64,000 nucleotides of DNA from Burkholderiaceae bacterium (lineage in GTDB: Bacteria; Pseudomonadota; Gammaproteobacteria; Burkholderiales; Burkholderiaceae_C): positions 37,138 through 101,137 of the forward strand of contig JANJVG010000124.1 of the NCBI GenBank assembly GCA_024710165.1, in the 5' to 3' direction. Of this stretch, positions 1-10,000 are shown one piece after another. The notes beneath the pieces were generated by a model, which saw nothing but the letters and a program-made list of their open reading frames with translations, searched no databases and was not told where the DNA came from. A program made the position numbers and the translations under genes. Positions within the stretch are counted from its first letter, which is position 1; every line of letters begins with the position of its first letter.

Positions 1-2
1 AC

Positions 3-1109
3 TTGAGTTCTTGGGGCACTTCACCTAATAAGGTGGGTTCCATGTTGGCAGAGAATAAAGCCATCTATATCAGGGACGATAAATTCAAATATGCCCTGAC
101 TTATGCACGCATAACCAAGACAATTCATGCAGGAAGTATTGGTGCGGTAGGGTTTGCTACGACACTTACTGGAGATGAAACAGAAGAGAACACTGATCCT
201 CCTGTGGATACCAGCCAGGAGTTTATTGTATATACGCCACCCACCCCCAAAACAATCAAGTACAGGGCATACCGCAAACAAATATCTCTGAGTTTTTGGG
301 AAGAGATTCGGGTCTATGACTTGAGCATGAAATACAACGTGGTTAATGAGCTAATGACTACGTTGGGGGATGACGAGAAAGAAATCTGCCTTATCCCATT
401 AGACAGAACCATTACTAGACAAATGTCTATCAAAGACCAGCAAGAGTTATTTGCACGGTCTATGAACTTTGTTTTTAATAGCCATGTGATTCAGAAGATC
501 AAATGGTATCAGCAGGGCATATTCAAGGTTCTGATGATCATCATTACGTTGGTAGTGATGTACTTCACAGGGTATGGAGCAGAGTTTCTGGCTGAATTAG
601 CGGCTGCTGCCAGTCTTGGTGCCGTGGCGCTACTCACTTTTATTCTGGAAACTGTGTTGGTTTCTGTATTGACCCAACTCGCATTCAAGGTGTTTGTGAA
701 AGTTGTGGGTGAAGAGTTGGCATTCATTGTCGCACTTGTGGCTGCAGCGTATGGTGTGTTCAAAGAGAACTTCGCCACATTGACTCCTACCCAGCTTTTG
801 AACTTGGCTTCTGGTGTATTCACGGGTATAGGGAATAATCTCAAGGACAAGTTCAAGGATCTTCAGGAAGAGATGGACTCGTTCCTCTCCTTTAAGAGTG
901 ATGCTGAGAAAGAATTGGAGAGAGTGACAAAACTGCTGGAACCAGAAATAAATGCTTTCGCGCCTATTATTCTGGGAGAATCCCCTGATCAGTTTATGTA
1001 CAGAAACACTGTGTTTCTTAGTTCTGGTTTTACACAGTTGAACGACACGAGCAAGTATGTAGAGCGGTCTTTATATTTGCCGACTACTAACTACTCACTT
1101 GGTTTCTGA
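3..1109 (+). CDS. N4 gp53-like virion structural protein, C-terminal part (5' end outside window)
   Basis: Open from window start; KWYQ followed by long hydrophobic helices and a coiled coil; position upstream of gp52/gp51/vRNAP as in N4-like phages. Confidence 0.65.
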   Translation: MSSWGTSPNKVGSMLAENKAIYIRDDKFKYALTYARITKTIHAGSIGAVGFATTLTGDETEENTDPPVDTSQEFIVYTPPTPKTIKYRAYRKQISLSFWEEIRVYDLSMKYNVVNELMTTLGDDEKEICLIPLDRTITRQMSIKDQQELFARSMNFVFNSHVIQKIKWYQQGIFKVLMIIITLVVMYFTGYGAEFLAELAAAASLGAVALLTFILETVLVSVLTQLAFKVFVKVVGEELAFIVALVAAAYGVFKENFATLTPTQLLNLASGVFTGIGNNLKDKFKDLQEEMDSFLSFKSDAEKELERVTKLLEPEINAFAPIILGESPDQFMYRNTVFLSSGFTQLNDTSKYVERSLYLPTTNYSLGF

Positions 1110-1133
1110 ATTGCAGTGTTGGAGGAATAGCAT

Positions 1134-1628
1134 ATGAATAGCTACGGTAACTTTAATTCGACCCCCGTTAACTACATGAGTATTGGGAATTACGGTCAGC
1201 TTGGTACAGGCACATACGATCCAGGAGTTACTGACTACTTTTCCCAGCCTGTTGCGCAACCTTCTTGGAGCGCCTCTTTTACCAAGCCTGCGCCTTCAAT
1301 GAATAGTCTTCCGTCTGTGAATAACATGAGTCCACCTAGTTTTTTGGATGGATTGCTTGGAAAAGACGGTAAACAGGGTTGGGGTGACTTAGCCCTTGGA
1401 GCAGCTAAAGCCGGTCTTGGTGCCTTCATTGGTATGAAGCAGTATGGCCTTGCCAAGAAGCAGTTCGAGTTTCAGAAAGATGCTTGGAACAAGGAATACG
1501 AGGTCAACAAAAACTTGACCAACGAACGCCTGGAAACACGCCAAAACAGGCGTATTGCTGAGAGTGGTGCCACTGGCATGAAGTTTGATGACACTGCCTC
1601 TTATATGTCTAAGTATGGAGTTAAATAA
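1134..1628 (+). CDS. N4 gp52-like small virion/ejection protein
   Basis: GGAGG RBS; 164 aa, Cys-free, Gly-rich hydrophobic segment then QYGLAKKQFEFQKDAWNKEY; synteny. Confidence 0.7.
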   Translation: MNSYGNFNSTPVNYMSIGNYGQLGTGTYDPGVTDYFSQPVAQPSWSASFTKPAPSMNSLPSVNNMSPPSFLDGLLGKDGKQGWGDLALGAAKAGLGAFIGMKQYGLAKKQFEFQKDAWNKEYEVNKNLTNERLETRQNRRIAESGATGMKFDDTASYMSKYGVK

Positions 1629-2926
1629 TGGCTGATCCAATCACCTGGCGATCAATCAACGCCCCGGATTTCAGGGCATCTGCCTCTTCCATGGCAGGTG
1701 CTGCTGAGACTTTCAAAGATGCTTTTGGTGGCCTTCAGGATACTCTTAAAGGGTATAAAGCAGAGGAAGAAAAGTTTGCTGCCAAGCGCACTAAAGACAA
1801 CACTGCTGCGTATCTGACTCATCTGGCTTCTATCCAAGATCCTGCTGCTGCAGAAGCTGCATTAAAGTCTGGCCAACTCACTGAGATGCTTCGTGGCTAC
1901 GGCTCGGAGATTGATGCCCCTACTGCTATTGCTGCCCAGCAATCACTGCTCCCCAACCTTCAACAGCGTGCTGTTCAAGCCATGCAGTTTGAGCAGGAGG
2001 GGCAGAAGATGAAGGACTACAGAACAGATCTTGGTCAACGAGATACTGTATCTGGGCTGCAAGAGGCATTGCTTCGTGCATCGACTCCTGATGAGGTCAA
2101 TCGCATTAAACAAGCTCTCGGCATCTATCAAAGCCAAGGGTATGTGGATAACCGTGCTGGGGTAGACATCATCAAGAACGCTGCTGCCCGTGAAGGCAAT
2201 TTGGTCACTGAAGCGCGTGCTGCTGATAAGCACAAAAGGGAAGGCACTAAGCTGGAGGCTGACCTCGCTCACCAAAAAGAGCAAGAGCGTATTGCTAGAG
2301 GGACACTCGGAGTTTCACAACAGAATGCCAACACCAATGCTGTCCAGGCTGCTGCAAATCTGGCTTTGAATCTGGGTGGTAAAGCTGCAACCATTGCTGG
2401 TGATTACTCTAAGGAAGCTGCCAAGACTCAAGAGCGTGCACAAGAATTTGAAAAGAACAGTCCATTTGGTGGACAGTCTTTTGAAAAAGTACCGCTCAAG
2501 ACCTATACGGAAATTGGTAAAAATGTTGGCGCCGATCCGCAGGATATTGGGCAGTTCCTGCAGACAGTGCGGGAGAAGTTTCCATCAGGAGCTTATAAGC
2601 CCCCTGGCAGCACTATTGCGGTACCTATTACTGATCAGATGATCCAACAGGCTATTGCCTCTGGTGCTGCCACCTCTTCTTGGAATCCTACTACTTGGGT
2701 TAATGGCCGTAACTCTGAAATGATGGCTGCTCTGACCAGTCTGGTTGAATCGCCTGCTTTTGTGCAAAGTTACGCTGAGTACATTAACCGAAAAAACCTT
2801 TACGAAGCCCAGTCTAAAGAAACTAAAGAGAAAGGTATTGAAGCCACAAACAGGTTGGAAAGCACTGTTGCCCCGTACTTGGATAGGCTTCAATCTCGTG
2901 CAGGAGTAGCGCCCCCAAAACGGTAA
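1628..2926 (+). CDS. N4 gp51-like internal virion (ejection) protein
   Basis: MADPITWRS N-terminus, helical Ala/Gln-rich, Cys-free, TAATG coupling to the upstream gene, upstream of vRNAP. Confidence 0.7.
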   Translation: MADPITWRSINAPDFRASASSMAGAAETFKDAFGGLQDTLKGYKAEEEKFAAKRTKDNTAAYLTHLASIQDPAAAEAALKSGQLTEMLRGYGSEIDAPTAIAAQQSLLPNLQQRAVQAMQFEQEGQKMKDYRTDLGQRDTVSGLQEALLRASTPDEVNRIKQALGIYQSQGYVDNRAGVDIIKNAAAREGNLVTEARAADKHKREGTKLEADLAHQKEQERIARGTLGVSQQNANTNAVQAAANLALNLGGKAATIAGDYSKEAAKTQERAQEFEKNSPFGGQSFEKVPLKTYTEIGKNVGADPQDIGQFLQTVREKFPSGAYKPPGSTIAVPITDQMIQQAIASGAATSSWNPTTWVNGRNSEMMAALTSLVESPAFVQSYAEYINRKNLYEAQSKETKEKGIEATNRLESTVAPYLDRLQSRAGVAPPKR

Positions 2927-2970
2927 CGCCTGTACCTACTGCTGGGGCAGTTAATCCTGTCCCTGCAGCC

Positions 2971-3711
2971 GTGCCCAGTACACAAAGTACAACAAGCCAG
3001 GTGCAGGCGAGTACACAGAAAGGGTTCTCAGCTCCGGTTCCTGTGGCTGAAGGGGTGGTTCAGCAGTCGCGGGGGAACAGGGTCTATACGTCGAGTGCAC
3101 AAGTCATTGATCCAACGACGGGAAGATCCAAGCTATTGGCTGATGTACCTGAGCTGCCTCATTTCACTGCCAAAGATTTCCAGTCAAACCAGAAGGTGGT
3201 TCGGATTGCTCCTGAGCAAAAGTCTTCATGGTCCAAGCCAAAGAGCTTTCAGATTACCGCTATTTCTGATGGAGATACTGTTAGTGGAAATGTAGATGGG
3301 TCAGGAAATGTCATTTGCCGGGTGACCAGTATTGATGCACCGGAGACAGCTAAGAAAGGGGAACCAGGGCAAAAGTACGGTAAGTACGGTGCCGCCACCA
3401 TTGAGCGTCTTATCAAAGACAAAAAGGTTGAGGTGCAGATTTCTACGGTTCCTGGGGACAACTCCTATGGCCGTGAACTGTGCATGATCACCATCAATGG
3501 GGACAACTTGAGCCAGGCAATGGTGGAAGCTGGAGCAGCATACGTCTATGACCGATATGCAAAACCTGAACTGAAGGCTAGTCTGTATAGGGCACAGGAA
3601 GCGGCTAAAAAGAAAAGGATAGGGGTCTGGCAAGACCCTAATGAAGAAATGCCCTGGGATTACCGAAGGCGCATGAATACTGAAAAGAAAGCCAGAGAGT
3701 TGGGCAACTAA
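2971..3711 (+). CDS. Thermonuclease (staphylococcal nuclease-like) domain; probably made as a -1 frameshift extension of the upstream ORF
   Basis: SNase motifs DGDT, IDAPE, YGR, MVEAGAA, AQEAAK..RIGVW, PWDYRR; no clear RBS at GTG 2971; frame open back to 2887. Confidence 0.85.
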   Translation: MPSTQSTTSQVQASTQKGFSAPVPVAEGVVQQSRGNRVYTSSAQVIDPTTGRSKLLADVPELPHFTAKDFQSNQKVVRIAPEQKSSWSKPKSFQITAISDGDTVSGNVDGSGNVICRVTSIDAPETAKKGEPGQKYGKYGAATIERLIKDKKVEVQISTVPGDNSYGRELCMITINGDNLSQAMVEAGAAYVYDRYAKPELKASLYRAQEAAKKKRIGVWQDPNEEMPWDYRRRMNTEKKARELGN

Positions 3712-3740
3712 AAAGAAAGGCAGCAATCGCTGCCTTTTTC
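3710..3740. terminator. Bidirectional intrinsic terminator
   Basis: AAAAGAAAGGCAGC-AATC-GCTGCCTTTTTC between convergent ORFs. Confidence 0.8.
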
Positions 3741-3957
3741 ATTTCTGAAACCCTTTGGCTACCCATATTGCTAGTTGTCGCACAGCAAAAGGAATTACGA
3801 TTCCCACCAGCAATAAGCTAAATAGACCAAAATTTTTGTCATCAATAAATTCTGCAAACGCTTTTACTGCGATCAATGCCCAGACTATGAAATAGATTCT
3901 GTCCAATCCTTTTGCCAAGTTAAGGTTCTTCCAACTGGCTTTCTCTGGGTTAATCAT
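3739..3957 (-). CDS. Small two-TM membrane protein (moron-like)
   Basis: 72 aa, two hydrophobic helices, AT-rich, antisense to the structural operon. Confidence 0.6.
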   Translation of the reverse strand: MINPEKASWKNLNLAKGLDRIYFIVWALIAVKAFAEFIDDKNFGLFSLLLVGIVIPFAVRQLAIWVAKGFQK

Positions 3958-4003
3958 TCTATTATTTCAAGTTGAATTTAGAATACCCATATCCCTGAAT
4001 TGA

Positions 4004-7000
4004 TTGGCAGATATGGAACAAAAGTTTTCTTCCCTGGCACGTGCACTTGTTGAAAGTCAGCAGCGTCTTCTGAATACTGATAAAGAAGATGCAATCATTG
4101 ATGCCAATAATCGAAAGCTCCAACAACTGGCTGAATTAAATCGCCAACGGGAAGAAGAAGAAAAGTTTTACCGGGAAAACACGACTGCTGGTATGGCAGG
4201 TCTTGACCCGAATGACGATCCTTTTCTTCATACAGTAGTCAACACTGCTGCTCGTGCAGGCGCTGCAGGTTCCCGGATCATAGGTCAGGTTGCCTCTGGT
4301 TTGGAAGGGGTTGCTAAGGAAGGTTTTGGCACTGGTGGGATTGATGAGGATGTGCGTGCTGCACGTGCTCGTGAACTAAATGGCGATGCTACGCCCACTG
4401 ACATTGCCTTGTTGGACTACGCCCCACGAACCATGTCTGGGGTGAAGAACGATCAAACCAATCGTGATCGTATCAAGCACTGGGAAAAGACCCAGGAAGG
4501 TCTTGCCAAGACCAAAGAGTTCTTCAATGTCGATAACCGAGTTGATCGGCGCGTGGATCGTCCTTTCCAGGAAGAACTGAAGCAAGGTGCTGCTGAAGCT
4601 GGTGCTGAGTTCGAGAAGGATAACTACCTGACTGGTGCTGGCATCCTGGCAAAGAACGTAGTCAGTGCCGGTGTGAACAATCCTATGGGTGCCTTCAATG
4701 CATTGGTGGAAAACTCACCTCAACTGGCTGCAGGTATTGTTTTTGGTTTGCCTGGTACGTTGGCGGTAGCTGGTGCTTACGCCAATGACGCCTACAACGA
4801 AGGCATTGCTGAGTACCGTAAGAAGACCAACGGTGCCATGCCTCCCGAGGAAAAAAGATACGAGCTTCTGTTGCAGGCTGCCGCACTGATGGCTGCGGAA
4901 TCCGCTTCTGATCGTCTGACCTTGGGTGCAGGCAAAGCCATCTCTGCTGGCATCAAGAGTGCTCAGAAGGCTGTGGATGAAGTGGGTGAGGGTGTTCTGA
5001 AGACTGCCCTTGGCATTGGCACTAAGACGGCTTCAAGCACTCCTGTGAGCACTGCGATTGGGGGTGTTATTGGGGCTGCTGGTGAGTACGGTACGGAAAC
5101 CTTCCAGACCGTGGTAGAGAACAGAATGAAGGATAAGGAGACTTCTCTGGAAGAAGCCCATCTTTCTGGAGCCATGGGTGCTTGGGGGGGTGGGCCTGTT
5201 GCTGCTGCGGCAACTGCTGCCGAGAAGTTGGGGGAGAAGGCAGACCAGTACAAGGAGGGCCGTGCAAAGGCTGCTATAGCGCTGGCAAAGCAGGAAGCAC
5301 GTGCTGCTGAAATCAAAGCTGCTACGGAGACAGGGAACATCGAAGTGTTCCTGGATCGGAACACCCCTGATTTCAGTCCCGACAAGGCTCTGGGTGTTCT
5401 ACAGAACCTGTACGAATCCGAGAGCACTACTCCAGAAAAGAAAGCTGAACTGGTGCCTAAAGCCAGTGAAGTGATGAATGACTTTGGCTTGCAGATTGAA
5501 GCCATCAAGTCCCAGCTGGCTGGTGTTGAAGGCGCAAAGAGTGATCTGGCTGATGCAGAAAAACTACTGCTCGCTGCAGACCCCGCAGACACCCAACGTG
5601 TTGCTGATCTGACGGAATACGTGGCCGATCTGAAGGCTATGGTGACTGATGGTGATCTTGCTCCTGAAGTGCGCGCTGCCAAAGAACAACAGCTTGCAGA
5701 TCTGGAAGCCAAGTACAAGACCGCAGATGTTCTGTACACGGAGATGAGCCGGAAGAGTGTTTCCAACTCTTTCAAGGATATGGACGTAGATACTGAGATT
5801 GCATCCGGCTCCCCCGAGTCCATAAGCAAGCTGAAGCTTCTTGCCATGGCTTCACCAGAAACTGGTGATGGATCTTTGTCTATCGACCAAGCACGTACTT
5901 TGGCAAGCAGCACCAACCCCAATGTCACGGTAGATGACAAGAAGTTCTTTACTGCCTATGCCGACTCCCTTATGAAAGTCAAGCCATTGGAAACAATGGG
6001 TAAGGTGGCACAGGAAGTGCTGTACGGAAGCAAGGAGCGTGATCAGAAGGGGCTACTGGATTACCGTGAACGCTTTGGTTTGTTCATGGCTCAGGGAAAC
6101 ACAGCCAAAGCAGACAAAGAACTGGCTGATCTTGCTTTGTTTGAGAACAACCAGAAGAACAAGGTTGATGCAATTACTGCTGCAGTTAAGCAGTTCAATC
6201 AGACCAGTGAAGCACAGATTGTTGCCAAGACAAGTGACGGTACTTGGGCAGTGATTCCAAAGAAGGCTGACCCTACGTACAAGCGCAAGGCTGGTGAGTA
6301 TGTCATTGAAGATGGTGGTAAAGCCAACAGCCTTCTTCGTGGTGCTACTGCCAGTTTGGAAGCTATTCAGGCAACTTCTGTTTTCCTGGAGTCGTACAAG
6401 ACATTGGGCAAGGACGCACCTAACTCTGCGGTCACCTCCTCTGCGCCAACTAACGCAGTGACTCCTGCTGCATTACCTGCTCCTGCTCCTGCTGCTATGG
6501 TTAACCCTCCTGCAGCCAAGCCTGCTGCAAGTAATGCACCTGTGAGCGCTGCTCCTGTTGGTGAACAGCTTCGTAGCACTCTGCAGGCTGCAACCCGTGA
6601 AACACGGTTTGGTGCTGTACAAGATCCTATTGCCCAAAGTGTTGTGACTAGCGCGTCTTTTGACAAACTGGCAGAGCAACTCCCTTCCATTGGTGTGAGT
6701 GCTGTCTCCGGCGTACTGGGCGCAGGTGCAAGCAGCGTTGTTCTGGACACACCAGAAGGAGCTTTGCGTATTGGTTTTGGCAGTGATGTAGCTCTGCCAA
6801 AGTCTTCTAGCGTAATTGCGCCTATCCAGTCTGGTGAAGTAGGAGGACTCCGTTATCAGTTGATGCCAAAGGCAGACACAACCAACATCACCGATGCAGA
6901 TGTTCAGTCAGTAGCTAAGGCACTTGCTGTTGATGGGTTGAAGCTGACGGATGCAGGAACCGACAACATTGGCCGTGTTGACGGCAAGCTAGTTGTCATT

Positions 7001-10000
7001 GACCCTGGTGCAGTAGAAGTTGCTAAGGCTGCTCCTGGTGTCATGCCGGTTGAGCAGACAAACATGTTCCCTCCAGACAAGAAGATCGAGATGGAACAGC
7101 AGCTTGTACAGGCAGAGAAAGCCAAGGCCAAACTGCAACGTAGCAAAGGCCCTAGCTTGTGGACTGCATTGAAGCACAGCATGTCTGAATCAGAGCTGGG
7201 AGACACTTACGGTAGTGACTGGAAAAAACGGTTTACTATGCTTCGGGGTAAGCCTGGGGTAGATCTCAGTACCAAAGTTCGTACCGGTGAACTCGATGCT
7301 TTTTTGCCGCCTAACCTTGGCAGTCTGGTGTTGGACTCCAATCCCGAAAAGGAATCTGATGCTGTCGAGTACATCAAAGAAAACCTTCGTCAACGCAACT
7401 ACCTGACTTTTGAAAAGAATCAGGAACTAGCTCAAATTGAACTAACCATTGAACAACTTGATTCCATTATTTCCAATGAAACATTGGAAGCATTGGAAAG
7501 AGAAGTCGAAAGTAACGATGAACAATCTGAAGCCCAAACAACCCAAAAAACCAGCAACACCGCAGAAACCTCTGACCCCAAAAATGACGGAGAGCGAAGC
7601 AGTGAAGAGGCTCAAGAGCCTGCCAAAAGCAACACTGAAAGCGGTGCTGGAAAACCTGAGAGCAATTCGGGAGATGGACGGGAGAATGCCTCCGAAGAAG
7701 TAGCAGGGGTTGAGACTGAAGCCTCTGCCAAACTGGCTGCACTGAAGGACGCAACCAATCGTGCAAGCAAGTGGCTCAAGCAAGCGGTAACACGTAAAGC
7801 CAATGCCAAGAACCAGAGTCTGCTGACTGCAATCCCTGATCTGTTTAGTACCTTGGTTTCAGATGGAAACCTCAACCGTATTGCCGAGTTCCTGCCAGAT
7901 GGGCTGATGGACTCTGACAACGAGACACTGGGCAAAGTACAGGCGCTGTATAGCAAGCTGGCACCAATGATGCAGGCTCGTCTGCGAGTGGCTCACCCTT
8001 CCAAGCGTGAAAACACTTTCTTGGATGATCTGCTCATTACCAAGGATGGCAAGATTGATCTGGATGAGAACCTCAAGATTGCCTTGACGATGGGTGGTTT
8101 GGCCTATCTGCGTGATGCCATGGACGCTGGGCTGTACCACGACAAGGAAACCATCAACAAGATTCTTGGGCAGCCCAAAGAAGCCAAGCTCCCTTCTAAA
8201 GTAGTTGCGGAACTGGGCCTCGGATATTCCCGATACAACTTGGTTGCCAACAACATTGGCGAGAGTGTCATGAAGTCTCTTGGCATCAAGGCACAGAAAG
8301 ACGCTCCAGAAAACTATCTTGCAAATATGCAAGCAGCTTTGGGAGCACTGGCTCTTGAGACAATGCAGGAAGCTGGCTATCTGACAGTCAAGGAAATCCG
8401 GGATGGGGAGCTTCAGGGTTGGTACGGTAAAACCAGCCCTGAGCCTTACATGACCCATAAATTTGTTTCTGTTGCCTTTGGTCCAGTCAAAGGAAAGGAC
8501 GGCAATAAGCGCAACGATTGGGGGCCTAAAGCCAAGGCGCTGCACCAAGAGTTCAAGGGCGAGACTTCCAATCTTGCACAGATGTTTGATGTGCAGTCAC
8601 AGCTTCAGATGCCTAGCTTTGATCCTCCTGGTTTCAACCAGAAGAGCATCAAGCGAAGCACTCGCAGTGTTCCAAAACGCCTGGCGGACTATCTTCGTAA
8701 GGTGACTAACACGCCTTATACCCTGAAGAAAGAGTCTTACCGTTTCTTTGCCAACCTAGATGCTGGCTTGGCTTATGAGCTGATTGGTGTGGATACCCGT
8801 CCTGTGAGCGAGATTCACCAGGACAACCAGATGAGTGTGGAAGCCAAGAATGATGGTTTGATCCGTGGCTATGAAATGCTGCAGGATTTTGTGACCAACG
8901 GCATCGAGAATCATGAAAAAGGTTGGGATGCCGAGGTGTACTTCCCACAGGATGTGTGGAACAACCAGCGAGTGGGTGTGAAGTCTGCAATCAACATGCA
9001 GACCGACAAGCTGCACCGCTACATGTTCACCACTAAGGCATGGGAAACCAAGATCGAGAAGAACGACTTTGCTGCTATTGGTAAGTTCAAGCTGCGTGTG
9101 CTGGAAGGTTTTGGTGTAAAGACGGACAGTAAGACGGCAGAAGATGCGCTGACTGTGGATTGGAATGCCTTGGAAGATAACAAGGTAGTTCAGGCAGGTG
9201 TTGCTGTACTTCAGGAACAACTGCGTGACCAGAACTTCTTCCCAACTTTAGAACAGCAAAAGGCAGTGCTTGCTGCAGCAAAGGTTGGCGGCACCAATGC
9301 ACATGCCCTGGATGCCATGATGGGGTACGCAGCCTATAAGAACATGGAAGAAAGTGGCGCTGACAGTTTCACTACCAACATGGTGGGTGAAATTGATGGT
9401 GTGAACAACGGACCAATCCTGACCTTGTTCTTCCTGGGTGTATCGAACATCGCTCAGTACGCAGAGAAGGGTGGCTTCTTCAAGCTGGGTTCTGCCGTTC
9501 GTAATGCCAATGTCTGGAAAGCCAACAAGAAGAATCTGGACATTTACCAGACTGCCACGAACACGTTCTTGGAGTCATTCGCCACAACGATGTCTGTAGA
9601 TTCCTCTTACAAGAGCCTAGAGTATTTCACTGGTGATCTAGGCAAGATGGGTGCAATCACATCTGCTGGCCGTAATTTGGCCAAGCGACCTAATACCGCA
9701 TTCTTCTTTGGCTCTGGTAAGGGTAGCCTGGTATCTGGCCTGCAAGAAGAGTTTGTGTCCAAGGTGCTTGGCAAGATTGAAGAAGTAGCTGCCATCAAGG
9801 AAACGGACGCTCAAGAGAAAGCACGCAAGGAACTGATCCGTAATCTCAATTCCCTTCTGCCACCTGAAGTACATGTAGCCCCCGACACTAATGTGGAAGG
9901 GCTAATGAAGCTTCGCATTGCTGAAGGAACTATCGGGCGTTCCCTTGAGAACATCTTTGCTAAAAAGATCGGCAAACCGTTTGCTTCCACTCTGGCTGGA

